A stretch of 63,983 nt of DNA, counting the filler, from Lenisia limosa (taxonomy: Eukaryota; Protista; Breviatea), in the NCBI GenBank assembly GCA_001655205.1. It is 16 parts of 16 records of this genome, joined end to end, with 100 filler letters (N's around TTAATTAATTAA, not from the genome) between each part and the next. Parts side by side here need not be neighbours in the genome. Positions count along the whole stretch, not along the records: positions 24,339 to 27,315 come from LPNZ01009394.1; positions 27,416 to 28,837 come from LPNZ01003465.1; positions 28,938 to 32,850 come from LPNZ01004284.1; positions 32,951 to 40,378 come from LPNZ01009738.1; 12 more parts are not named here. The stretch is one strand, 5' to 3'. The position numbers and the translations under genes were made by a program. Of this stretch, positions 24,758 through 37,400 are shown piece after piece (within the stretch, counting starts at the first letter, position 1; every line of letters starts with the position of its first letter). The notes under the pieces were generated by a model, which was given only the letters and a program-made list of their open reading frames with translations, was not told the DNA's origin and searched no databases.

Positions 24758-27064
24758 CTCTGGTTTTTGAACTTGAGGCCGCCAAAGATCATGGACAGTC
24801 CTGGAAGAAGCAGAATACAGCCGAGAATTGTTCCGATGACAGCGTTACGCACTAAAGTGTGGTACCCTTCTTTTAACGAGCTGTAGTATAGGATGACTTC
24901 TGAGTGGAGTTAGTAACAGCTGTTTGTTTGTTTGTTTTGGATACTATAAAGTTGAAGATGTCACGATGAACAGGGGGTGTAAGCATATCGAAAACATGAC
25001 AAGAAGGAGGGGGGGTAAATGGACAACTTTTAAAACACAAACAAAACAAAACAAAAAAAGCTCAGAATCAACACTCACACATACCAATAATTGACGCGAA
25101 AGACGCATTAAGCACAGCGCCGACAGCAAACGTTGACTGTGGGGGTGAGAAAAAAAAGGAGGTTTAAGGAATAAAATAAAAAAAAGGAGGCTTAAGGGAG
25201 AAAAAAAAAGGAGGTTAAACGAAAAAAAAAAAAGGAGNNNNNNNNNNNNNNNNNNNNNNNNNNNNNNNNNNNNNNNNNNNNNNNNNNNNNNNNNNNNNNN
25301 NNNNNNNNNNNNNNNNNNNNNNNNNNATGTAATACGACAGGGGAATGGTGGACACTGGAAGGTTAATAGGAAATAAAAGGACGCCAAATCACGAAATAAT
25401 CCCGCTAAAAGAACCCAAATTTAAAAGGTCTGTTGATGATGGGATCGCAGATCCAGCGGCTGATGTAACAAGAAACTATGAAACAAACTATCTTCCACCC
25501 TCCCTCAACAACAATACTAAGAGCTTACTGAGAGCACAGAAGAAGACGAGAAGCGGAGGTGAGCTTGGAATGAAGTAGTACATCACAATCGTGACAAAGA
25601 CGAATGTCATCAAGTTGACAAGCATGATATTGACGTTCATGAAGGAGTACTGGGGGGGAATATCATCGATCATATATTACAATATACATTATGTAGTAAT
25701 ATACTAATATGATATATCGATATATCGATATAGTATATGATATGTATACATAGAGATGAGAAATAAAACGACGTTGATTTCACACCCACACAATGTTCTA
25801 ATAGCCCCCCCCCCTTACTTTATAATAGTAGCGATTAGTGGCAGAAAAGACGCAGAGGTGGGGGNNNNNNNNNNNNNNNNNNNNNNNNNNNNNNNNNNNN
25901 NNNNNNNNNNNNNNNNNNNNNNNNNNNNNNNNNNNNNNNNNNNNNNNNNNNNNNNNNNNNNNNNNNNNNNNNNNNNNNNNNNNNNNNNNNNNNNNNNNNN
26001 NNNNNNNNNNNNNNNNNNNNNNNNNNNNNNNNNNNNNNNNNNNNNNNNNNNNNNNNNNNNNNNNNNNNNNNNNNNNNNNNNNNNNNNNNNNNNNNNNNNN
26101 NNNNNNNAATGGTGGAGTGATGTGGGTGAAAAGGAAGTAACGTCATGCAGTTTCGTAGTTTATGCACTTGTCAAACCGATATGTCGAGTGGATGCTTGAG
26201 AACGGCTTCGATTACACTGAAGTTGACCTTGGACATCTGGATAGATACCACTCCATACCAGCCGATCACCGCACAGACCACATGGAAGGGAAGGACAAAT
26301 ATGCCTGTGATGGAGGGAGTGAAACGAAGGAAATTTCGATGAAGAATATTGGCGTCAAGGTATGAATCACGAACCGAATAATCTGAAACTCCAAATAAAA
26401 AACAAGCAAAATTAAAGATGGTAAATTTATGAAGGGTTGAAAACAACAAAACAAACAGAGTCGCATCCCATCACTCCAGCGCACGTCTTTCGTGTTATCC
26501 AACATCTCTTACAAAAGTGATGGTGCGGATAACTTCGTCCAACTACTTCCTTGTTCATATTTCGACATCGCAATATTAAATTATTGAATATTTTTATCTA
26601 TTGCCAACTGAAGAGTCACCTCAAAAAATGACTCCCTCTCCCACAAAAGAGGATTCTGAAGATCCACGACCGGACCGGGCTTGATGCTGATGCCCCAGGT
26701 GTGTTGAAGGATTGGTATACGGATGTCTGGGGGGGGGGGGGNNNNNNNNNNNNNNNNNNNNNNNNNNNNNNNNNNNNNNNNNNNNNNNNNNNNNNNNNNN
26801 NNNNNNNNNNNNNNNNNNNNACAAGCAAACAAAAAAAAACCCAAATCAATTCAGCTCACAAGAAAAATTGACAAATTTATGAAACAAACAAGGCGGAAAA
26901 GTGATAGTTTTGGTCCAAAAAAAAAACAAACAAGAGTAACCCTATCAACACCTCCCCCCAAGGAAACCTTGATGAATATCCCAGCCCCCTTACAGAAACA
27001 TTGATAAATGACCCAAACGGCCAAAACATGAACCTTGAAAGTTGGAAGCTAATTTTGGCCAGGG
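24758..27064 (-). CDS. Type II Ca2+/cation:H+ antiporter (CaCA family, Vnx1-like; partial)
   Basis: FMFWPFG, CAVIGWYGVVSIQMSKV...LKHPLDIS, YSFMNVNIMLVNL and STFAVGAVLNASFASIIEVILYY...GTILGCILLLPGLSMIFGGLKFKNQR match the Vnx1/CAX2 alpha-1 region. Confidence 0.85.
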
Positions 27065-27627
27065 CTGCCAGGGTAAATGAATGAGATTATGCGAAAATAG
27101 GAAGAGTCTGGCCGAAGCCGTCCGCACCATAAAAAAAAGTATTGCCAACAATGTATTATACCCCAGGCATAATGCTTTGAGGATCATAGATATGTCATAT
27201 CTTATACATATCATAGTATATACTATATACTACAATATATACTATATACTACATGATATATATATATGCTGGGGCGCAGAAATCATGTCCGAAATGCCGA
27301 ATTCATGTCCGAAATNNNNNNNNNNNNNNNNNNNNNNNNNNNNNNNNNNNNNNNNNNNNTTAATTAATTAANNNNNNNNNNNNNNNNNNNNNNNNNNNNN
27401 NNNNNNNNNNNNNNNGTGGTCGTACCGGTCTAGATGCACTAAATAATCAAATATCGCTGATTTGGTACATTTGATTTTACTGTCTGCAGTCAGTCAGCCC
27501 ACGCGGCCGGCAGCGTCAGAAATGTCGGAGCCTCTCATCGGCATCATCGGTAGACTGGCTGAGTATGATACTAGGAATGGTCACCTGATCATCGCCATTT
27601 TGACTGTTTTAGGTAAGTGTAAGCCGC

Positions 27628-28837
27628 ATGATACCAGCCAAAAGACCTGGCCTGTTCAAGTCTGATCGCAAGCTGAAGAAGAAGCGCGACCACTCCATAT
27701 CCAGATCTAGATCCAAGACCCCCAAGGCAAGGTCGCTTTCCTCGTCTCAGTCCATTTCACGCTCACCTTCGCGCTCGCACTCATTGTCAAGATCCTGTTC
27801 CTCAGCGCCAGAACCTCGGAAACGTGTCGGTCTTTTCCGAGCCAAAAAAAACAAAACGCCTGAATCGGGCTCGGACTCGCCCGCACCGAAGAAAACTTCT
27901 TACCGAGCTGTGAGTGACTATTCCGAGAGTGAAACCGCCAATAAGAACAGGACCAAGCCAGGATTGTTCATGCTGAAACCCAAGCAGGTGGAGCCACCCC
28001 AAAACTCAGACTACGAAAGTGACATTGAGTTGAGCTCATCAGAGCGAATTTTGGCACCGAAGGGGCGCGGGCGTGGAGTCTTTAAAGTCAAGCCCGAGGA
28101 GTCACTGTCTGAAGCTTCCTCAATATTTGAGAATGTTGATAAGGTGGAGAAGAAAGTTGGAAGGACTAGAAAGAAGGTTTGTTTATCTATAGGTTATAAC
28201 AACTTTTCAGGATTCCTCACCATCACCTGTTTGGCTCGAGTCAAGGCAGAAGGTGAGATTTTTCGGGGTAAGCAGTGACTAACAGTACCAGGTGGTGGAG
28301 ACTCTCATACACGTTTCACCTGGCAAGCCTAACAAGCCCTCTTCGAGCGCACTCAAGTTTGTCGTTGGTGGGGTTAGCTCATTGTCGAACATTACTGTTC
28401 AAAAAACAACCCTTTTTGTACTTAGCATAATCATCCAGGATGAACCTGAACAAGAGGGGGAACCTCTTGAGCTTGCGAAACCTAAAACGGTGAGAAGTTT
28501 GCCGAACAAGCCAGCTAAGGAACCACTGCCAGCGAAGCCTGTCCGCGTGGAGGTCAAGAAGCCCAGTGAAGCAGTTAAAACCTGCAAGATTGATGAAAGA
28601 CTGGTAGGTAATTCTTCGCAAGCGCCAACCCCCAAAATCGTTCTGGCTCAGGCGCCAACCAAGGTATGACTGGCTTTTTTTTTACTGAGATAACATTAAC
28701 TGTAGGTTACGTCTGTCAAAAAGCAGAAACTGCTCAAATCCCAACCTGTATGTTGTACCTCGATATTTGTTATTGTTTGATTTTCTCCAGGCTACTTTAA
28801 CCAAATCTGGTCCCCCTGCCCCCGCTCCGATTAAATC
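27628..28837 (+). CDS. Hypothetical low-complexity Ser/Lys/Arg/Pro-rich protein (partial)
   Basis: Long exon 27628-28176 (183 codons) with an SR-like tract, followed by further K/P-rich exons. No domain recognised. Confidence 0.65.
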
Positions 28838-29496
28838 NNNNNNNNNNNNNNNNNNNNNNNNNNNNNNNNNNNNNNNNNNNNTTAATTAATTAANNNNNNN
28901 NNNNNNNNNNNNNNNNNNNNNNNNNNNNNNNNNNNNNCGATCACACCACCACCTTTTTTGATAAACTTATCAACACTTTCATACATCAGAATAGCAGATC
29001 AGTGAATGCTAACCCGTATCCACTTGTGATATGATGATATGACTGTCTTTTGAGTCGAAATAATGAACTAAGATAGCGCGAGGGTTCATCCCGAGTGTAT
29101 CAGAATATCATTGAGACTAGTTCAATTATATCATACGAGTGGATATGAGGTATCCCATTACTGCGTGGAAAATGATATGTGTGAAAATGATCCAAAAAGT
29201 GATATGGTATAATACTTTTATATTTTTAGATAACATATCACTACTACTAGTATGTATAGTACACCCAAGATGAATCCAAAATCGTGTCTGAAAAGATCAT
29301 ATTTTCCTTCATTGTGACAGTTGTTGAAGCAGCATTTCTTAGTCTATTACTTTCCCAATGGCAATTTATGAATTACTGCTTTCATTTATGGCAATTGGCG
29401 GATAACTACTGTCCTAATAAGGCAATTGGCGGATTAATACTACTTTCCTAATAAAGCAATTGACGGCTCAATAGGGTGACCCCATTGGCCCTCCAG

Positions 29497-31750
29497 TTCA
29501 CTGCAATGTCAACCGTACCCCTGGCACTTTCCTCACGGACATCCATGTGAACGTGCTTTTGTGGGGTGGGGTCATTTATGATAACATCCTTTTTTTCTGT
29601 GTTACCAAATATTCTTACCAAAAATAGAAAGTCGTCGCCCTTCGGCAGCCAAGCTGCGCATTGTGAAACCCACCTTGTTGAAGTGGATGATGCTCCCGGG
29701 CCGTTCACAGATAACAGCGGAAACCCAGTCAAAATTATGGTGGGAATAGTCTCAGCTGTTTTTATTATTATTATTATTATTTTTCACTCTATATGATTAT
29801 ATGACCTAAACGCCAATTTTATCAATGATGACACATCCCCACTGCGCACCACCCTCATTACTTTACCATTACCCCACTCATAATATAAATTTCACAGTAC
29901 CCCCCCACCATACGCTGGAGTGATGGGAGGGAGGTGGTGCTGCAGAAGCGNNNNNNNNNNNNNNNNNNNNNNNNNNNNNNNNNNNNNNNNNNNNNATTTA
30001 GGCTTTTTTTGTTACTTAAATTTTGCGCCCCCCCCCCCTCATAATATGAATTTTCCATTTTGACTCCTCCCCCAGTTCCGTCATCATGTCAAAGCTGCTG
30101 TTGTGTGGAGTTCCAGCGAGTACGATGACGTGGCTGCAGAATACGCGGTATCGGGGGGGGGGGCGTTGATTTTGGGTTTTTCTGTGTTTTTAAGAATTTT
30201 AACAGTTGAAAAAGTCGTGGCATTTCAACAAACTATCCTTACTGAGAATTGTCGAACACTCTCAATTATATATCACCACATTTCCTTGTATTATCTACAA
30301 TATCTCTTAGAAGCGTGATGCAGACAAAAAATCGTTTTTATCGAGATTTTCGGTCAATTCAAAATCGTAACCATAATACAGACAAAGCTCTCATATTATA
30401 TATCTCCAATATATTTTCTCCTAATTGTTTCAGAAGCCTCATTTCCACGACGAAGAGAAACATCACAGCCACCATCACTCTGAAGAGGATGATGATAGCG
30501 ATGATGACGATGATGATGACGATGAAGAACATGGTAAGAGCTGATGACGTGATAATCAGGGTTGATATGGGGTGGAGGTGGTCGTTATGATGATGATTGT
30601 AATGGTGATGATGATGATGATGATGGATGATTGTATTGGTGATGATGGTGGCGGTGGTGGTGATAAAAGGGAAATGTATAAATAAAAAAGTAGAATTCCA
30701 GGCACCCAGTCACCATTCATGCACAATATAAGTCATCATAAAACAAGTTGATCATGAACAATCACCATAATTTTTCCTGTTTTAGAAACATCATCCTCTG
30801 TAGAACATCTTCATTCATCATGTTTAGAACACAATAAGAGCCACCACCACAAGCATCACGACAGTAGCCACGACAGTAGCCACGAACACCGCATTGATGA
30901 TGATGGTGCGGGGTTTGAAATTGAGTGGTATGGGTTGTGAATAGGGCTTCACTTCGGTTCGAAAAAGACTAAATTTCTCGATAAATCCCCGAAAACGACA
31001 TTTTGTAGGTCTTATTCGAACCGAAGTGAAATCTTAGTTGTGAAGTTGACTATCAAGAGGGATTGGCTTCAGTCTGGAAAGGGGATTGGCTTCTCAAGAT
31101 GTGGCTTTGTATCAAAAGTCAAAAGTAATCATAATGATATTTCTATGATAATTCGATGATTTATAGAGATGATTTATTGAATCGAGATATAACCTCTTCC
31201 GACGATAGCACGCCGTTTTTAGACATTTGCATTCTATTACATTTACACAATAAAAACAAAGAATAAACTTGAATCTAAATATATTACATCACACACCACA
31301 CAATCTCATCATATCATGCATGGTACCTAAAACTTGTAATTATCGAGATTTATCAATTGGATGTTCTTCAGAGAAATAACCTTTTCAGACGATAGCACGC
31401 CGTTTTTGGACATTTCCATGTCTACCAAGAAGATTGCTGCTGTGGCCGTACCTCTTGGTGTCGGTATGGGGGGGGGGGGNNNNNNNNNNNNNNNNNNNNN
31501 NNNNNNNNNNNNNNNNNNNNNNNNNNNNNNNNNNNNNNNNNNNNNNNNNNNNNNNNNNNNNNNNNNNNNNNNNNNNNNNNNNNNNNNNNNNNNNNNNNNN
31601 NNNNNNNNNNNNNNNNNNNNNNNNNNNNNNNNNNNNNNNNNNNNNNNNNNNNNNNNNNNNNNNNNNNNNNNNNNNNNNNNNNNNNNNNNNNNNNNNNNNN
31701 NNNNNNNNNNNNNNNNNNNNNNNNNNGTTGGAACTCTGAATGACGATTGA
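29497..31750 (+). CDS. Hypothetical single-pass membrane protein with His- and Asp-rich stalk (partial)
   Basis: Exons FRHHVKAAVVWSSSEYDDVAAEYA, KPHFHDEEKHHSHHHSEEDDDSDDDDDDDDEEH, HNKSHHHKHHDSSHDSSHEH and STKKIAAVAVPLGV (start of a TM segment running into a gap). Stop TGA at 31748-31750. Confidence 0.65.
29908..30075 (+). repeat. Family A repeat (gapped) ending at an acceptor
   Basis: CATACGCTGGAGTGATGGG...CTGCAGAAGCG-N...TTTTGACTCCTCCCCCAG. Confidence 0.75.
30944..31034. mobile_element. Family B MITE
   Basis: TA-GGGCTTCACTTCGGTTCGAAAAAGAC...GTCTTATTCGAACCGAAGTGAAATCT-TA. Confidence 0.85.
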
Positions 31751-32434
31751 TTTTTGTGATTGATAAATAGTTCTCTATCCTGATTGAGGCATCTTATCTT
31801 GGGCTTCACATCCATTCCAAAACATATGTATAATAGTATTATATAGCTATTATATCATATATATGATTCATTATGCTCTAAAAAGGATGAATGGTAAACG
31901 ACAAAAAAAAGTACTTCAGAATCCACTTGAGACACTTGAAACGCACTTGTTGATTTTCAAGACTAAATTTAAAACAGCAACACAATTAAATAACCAAACC
32001 ATACTACAAACAAGAAGCCCTCCCCCCTGTCAGATAACCCGAAAATGAGGGCCGCTTTTACTGCCCAAACGACATTGTTGTTCCCTTTCGCGCCCTCTGC
32101 GTCTCTGAAAAGATAAGGAAACCGGTCTAAAGACTCTTTTTTTTTGCTTTTTTTGCATTCCTTTTATTTACCATTTACAGATATGAGAATGATAAGATGT
32201 TATAAATCCAGGGAAACAAATAAATACATAGGGATACCATAAACGAATTACCATACTTCCACGTGGGGGGTTTATATCACTTTTTGTTTTTTTTTATGAG
32301 AGAAAAAAAAACAAAGTTTTATTCGAAGTCCACCCCACCCTTTTATAATTTAACTTCCAGATTCAGAAACATGCTTTTTTTAAAATCAACTATTTTACCA
32401 TTACTTGCCCCCAATTCAAATAGCCTCATTACTA

Positions 32435-32530
32435 GAGCTTCACTTCAGTTCGAAAAAAGACTAAATTTCTCGATAAATCCTCGAAAACTATCGATATTGT
32501 GCCGGCATTTTCCGAACCGAAATGAAGAAC
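32435..32530. mobile_element. Family B MITE
   Basis: TA-GAGCTTCACTTCAGTTCGAAAAAAGAC...TTCCGAACCGAAATGAAGAAC-TA. Confidence 0.85.
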
Positions 32531-33320
32531 TACTCATTACCCCCCACCCGTCAGACCTTTATCAACGGTGCAGCATATGACGCCAGATTTATACACGCAT
32601 TGCAGTGATGATCTAAGAAAGTGACTGTTGACCTGTTACCAAGAGGGATGGTGGAGGAGTGGACGATGATGATGGTGATGTTGATGTTGATGATGTTTAT
32701 GTTGATGATGATGGTGATGTTGATGGTGATATTGATGGTGGTAGTGGTGGTGATGATGGTAGTGATAAAAGGGAAATTTATAAATAAAACTAAGAAACAA
32801 AAAAAGCCCAAATCCACTCTGTTAACACCAATATTCTCCAGTCTTTTTTGNNNNNNNNNNNNNNNNNNNNNNNNNNNNNNNNNNNNNNNNNNNNTTAATT
32901 AATTAANNNNNNNNNNNNNNNNNNNNNNNNNNNNNNNNNNNNNNNNNNNNTACTTGGGACATCACAGAGTAAATCGGTCAAGACTTTTCCCAGTCACTGC
33001 ATACATATCATCACAGTGTAAATCGGTCAAGATCTATCCCCAGTCACTGCATATATACTATATATATAAAAATAGTTATATCAATGTTTTACTATGTTAG
33101 GATGAAGAGTGAGTGAATGAGCGACTGCCTGATCTCTATGATCCTTGTTTCAATAGAGACTTTACTGTAAAAAAAAAAAGGGGGGGGGGGGNNNNNNNNN
33201 NNNNNNNNNNNNNNNNNNNNNNNNNNNNNNNNNNNNNNNNNNNNNNNNNNNNNNNNNNNNNNNNNNNNNNNNNNNNNNNNNNNNNNNAGTAAAACGAAGC
33301 AGTAAAAAACCATTAATTTT

Positions 33321-33486
33321 AACGAAGCTCATTATGAGACTGACACAGCAAAATGGGTAATAACGAAGCTTATTATGAGACTGATACAGCAAAATGGGTA
33401 ATAACGAAGCTTATTATGAGACCGACACAGGCAAAATGGGTAATAACGAAGCTTATTATGAGACCGACATAGACAAAATGGGTAAT
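33321..33486. repeat. Tandem minisatellite, 4 x 41-42 nt
   Basis: Unit AACGAAGCTTATTATGAGACCGACACAG(G)CAAAATGGGTAAT. Confidence 0.92.
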
Positions 33487-34469
33487 TGTATGCAAAGTCA
33501 GAGGAGAGGGTACATTCAAAACTAAAAAAAACTCTGATATCAACTCTTGAAAACACATCTGTTTTAAAAATCATTACTTCGAAAGTAGATTTAAAAGCAA
33601 TGCCTTCGGCAATGTGGGAACGTCACAAAGAAGGGATAAGGGGACTGGAAGAGAGAGAAAGGGAAAGAAAACAAAGGAATTCAAAAACCAATCCAAACAA
33701 AACCAACATAATAATGTGCCACAAGTGTCAGAATTAAATCATGCATGCAGTCTTTCTGCAGTAGATACAGCTCAACATTATTCAGTGAAAGAAAACCAAG
33801 AAGAAGAACAGGAAAATAACACCAGCATCTTTTAAATACCATAATAGCCTCTAAATATCGTGTTATACTGAGTTTAATCTTCGTCAATAGCTCCTCATAG
33901 GAAAGAAACAAGGAAGGACAAAAGACTGAGGGTGAGCAGAGAACAAATGACCTTTGAACTCTGCCAAATAAAGATTTTACTAGACTAAAATGAACATTAT
34001 GGAACTGAGAAGGGACAAGAGGGTAAGAGGGAAACATGAGAAGGAGTGTTCGAAGGAATGAAGGCAAATGCAGCCAACAAAAAGCGAATAAAAGACAATT
34101 TATCACTGAATTAGCCATAGCTTACTTGAATCGTGCCTTCAACGTCCACATACTCCCACTCTTGGGAAACTAACACATTAGAAACACAATAACAGAAAAT
34201 GCACCTACCCTTTCCCTTTTTCATCTTCAGTTTTTGTTTTAAATTCGTTTAAGATACCTATTAGTCAAATAATTAGAAGAGAACGAAATTTCCCACAATT
34301 CAAGCCATTAGCTACCTACAGCGGCGGGTCTTTAAGGGGCGAGACCCCTGAAGTATAAACCCTGGTACAAAAGGAAAAACTTGTTCGTTTATGTGAAAAA
34401 CGAGAAAAAATCGTTGTCAAACACAAAAAATCAAAAAAATATATATCTCCTACAACCAGTACAACGCAA

Positions 34470-37400
34470 ATGGCAAGCCCAGTTCTTTCAGAAATGCGAA
34501 CAGTCCTCTCAAACCCGACGATCGAAGGCGTCACTGGGTTCATCAGCAACCGTATGCTCCCTGATGTTGTGTTATGGAAATAAATCTTCTCAGTCGCCCT
34601 GGTTTCCTCCAACAGTTCTCTTTACTGATTTCCCTGTTTATTACTATTTGACACATATATTTGCACCTCTTACTCTCTCACCCGCTGCAGTTGTGCTTGA
34701 GTCAACCGCTGTCAAAGATGCAATCGAGGTTCGTTGAGGATAATTATATGACTCACCTGACCCTTCAGTTTTACATCTTGATTTCCCCAATGCTGCTCTG
34801 ACCCCTTTAGGCATTTGTCCTGCTTCTTCACGAAATCAAAAGCCATGCCTTAATCCAAGAGGTTTGTCCTGGGTTGGCCCCTCGGGGTACTGAACGGAAC
34901 CACTATACATTTTGTTCACTATCATATGAAGACACATCCAATGTTACCGAATCTATGACCCTTTTCACTCTCTTGTCATTCTCGTGTGGCAAGCATCCTC
35001 CTGCCAAATACCATTAATCCATCCCCACCCTGATAGCCTCCATTTTATGGTGATTTTGCGGTCAAATACCATTTTCTTGTCTTTATGCGTCCTAACAGCC
35101 CAGGAGGTACTGCGTTTTGCCCTCAACAGCATGACGCCGCGACAATCGGCCTTCGCGTCTGTCATGGCGGACTACAGCCTAGCCCTCTCGGTCCGTTTTC
35201 CTGTGGAACAATGGAGGCGATTTGTTTTTATTGTTATTAAAAAAAATTCAAATTTTAAACAAAACTGTGTCTACCTCCTAATAATTACAACGCGCACTTA
35301 CTTTTTTTGCTTATTTTTAATTCAAAAATTAAAACCTATTGCGTCCTTCGATAAAATTGGTAGATTTACTGACTGTGGTAGACTTAACCGATTTCTCTCA
35401 AGGAAAATCGGGTTGTATTGGTCAAGACTTTTCTCAGTCAGTGTATACCTAAACATGGGAAAGACATTGGGGGTGAATAGATGGGAGAATTGGGGATTTC
35501 TGTCAGGTGGATGCCTGCTACACCATCATGTTTAAAAGTTGGATATCGATATGTATTTTCCACGGGGAGAGTTGCATTATCTCTCAATCAGCCCCTTTTA
35601 TTGGTTCACTTTACCAGAACAAAACAATTCTTATGGATTTATCAATAAACTTCACGGAAGCTGAAATGAAGCTGCTATACACTGACCCTGGACTCATGTT
35701 TCAGAGCCTCTATGAGGGCACTTCGAGTCTCGAACAAGCTGCAGACTGCCTTTCGACAGCCCTGTACGTTTGGTGACCAGGATGTTACACTTTATTAGTG
35801 TTTCAGAACAGTTACATGTGAACCCGGAAATTTTATTGAATTTCTCTTTGAATACATGTATGTACAACACAATAACTATGCAGGGCTTGCAACAAATTTA
35901 GCAAAGAGAAGACAGCTGAGGAGACCCTCAGAGCAGCAGACATGTACCTCAACATAAATAAGTTTGCCAAAGCTGCTGAAATGGCTTCGAAAGCCTCCCT
36001 TATCTGTAAGCTGTCCCTTCCACTCCAGACCCGTTTTGCTCAGACGTTCAAAAGATTTTTTTATGAAATCAAATGAGCAGTTGATATTATTGTTTAGTTG
36101 CTGGAATTTCCGTTGTTTTCACATTTTAGTGTCAGAGAACAACAGACCAGACCTTGTTGAAATCCACAGAGTTGGTTTTGAGGCTTATTAGTGGTATGAT
36201 AAAACCAGCCAGATTTATATCGTGTTTCCAAAGAGGCCAGAGAAAGTTTTGTTTTAATCTTAGATTCTTGTGACAAGAGCTTCACTTTGGTTAGAACAAG
36301 ACCGGAATATCGATACTTGTCGAGGATTTATCGAGAAATTCAGTCTTTTTTCGAACCGAAGTGAATCCCTACCTGTGACGATTGTAACATAACATCTGTA
36401 GTACATATCGGCCTGCCTCTCAGACAACAACCTCAAAGTGGGCAGGGGGCTGTCTTTGCATGCTGGATTTTTGAAATTCTCCAGAAAACCATAGTTTATA
36501 TTTGAGGATGTCACGCTTTAGCTGTTAGAGGCTTCCAGAAAGTTCTACCTGGTGTCAATATCAAACTTGGTGTCGAAGCAGCGTGCCTCCTATGTTGGGG
36601 GGTACAGTGTGTGGTTGAGGCTTTTTTATGCAAAGAGAGATTGAATGTTTCTCTTTTACCCCTTTTTATACTAAGTGGAAAATCTATCCTGGAAAGTACA
36701 TGAAGTTGATGCGCATTTAGGCGTATTCACGCGCAGTGATGTCGGCTCTTTTGGCTGGCGGAGGCTCTAAAAGAACAAGGCAACTTGCGTTATGCGCTGC
36801 AGACTCAAGGTACATATATGCAAGCTTATTTTTATTGATAATATTATAATCTGTGATAGATCCCATAAATCCTTTATTTTACAGATACCCTTTTTGTTTA
36901 TTTTTCCCACGTAGTATGTTTTGGGTTTGGAGTTTTTAGGCTATAGTAAAGCCTGTAGGATTCAAAGTTTGGAGTTCAGTAAGACCGCACTCAAAGCTGA
37001 CATGGGCGAGCTTTTGACGAAGGAAGACACTAATATGCTGAAGAACCTCTGCCAAAACCACCATAAGTTTGCCCCCTTCTTATCATAGCTTGCCCTTGTC
37101 ATAACTTGCCTCCAATATCGTGTCATAAGTTTGCCAGATGTTGTGAATCAATTCTGTAAACCTTGTTTCATGTAGTAGTCTTAGTATTTTGCCTTTATTT
37201 CGTATTGACCTCTCAGTACAATTGTTGCCAAGGCTGTCCTGGAACACAACATTGAGAGCCTCGCACAACACTACGTCACAATCAAAATCTCGACCCTCGC
37301 AAAGCACTTGCAAGTTACTGAAAAAGAAGTGGGCTGTCCCTAATATTCTGAGAATAGGCTGAGAAAATCCGACAATTGAACCACAAATCAGCAATTGATA

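Noticed and set aside
26162-26365. Plus-strand ORF MHLSNRYVEW... as a gene
   Set aside because: It is the antisense shadow of a CAX exon plus intronic family F. The minus frame matches the Vnx1-type transporter.
32570-32615. Second DHHC enzyme from FLDHHC
   Set aside because: It lacks the surrounding Cys-rich domain and the CPW continuation, and the reading frame is ambiguous.
34128-34175. GYF-domain-like exon (SQEWEYVDVEGTIQ), minus strand
   Set aside because: I could not find the expected following GPF...GYF exon, so it is too short to support.
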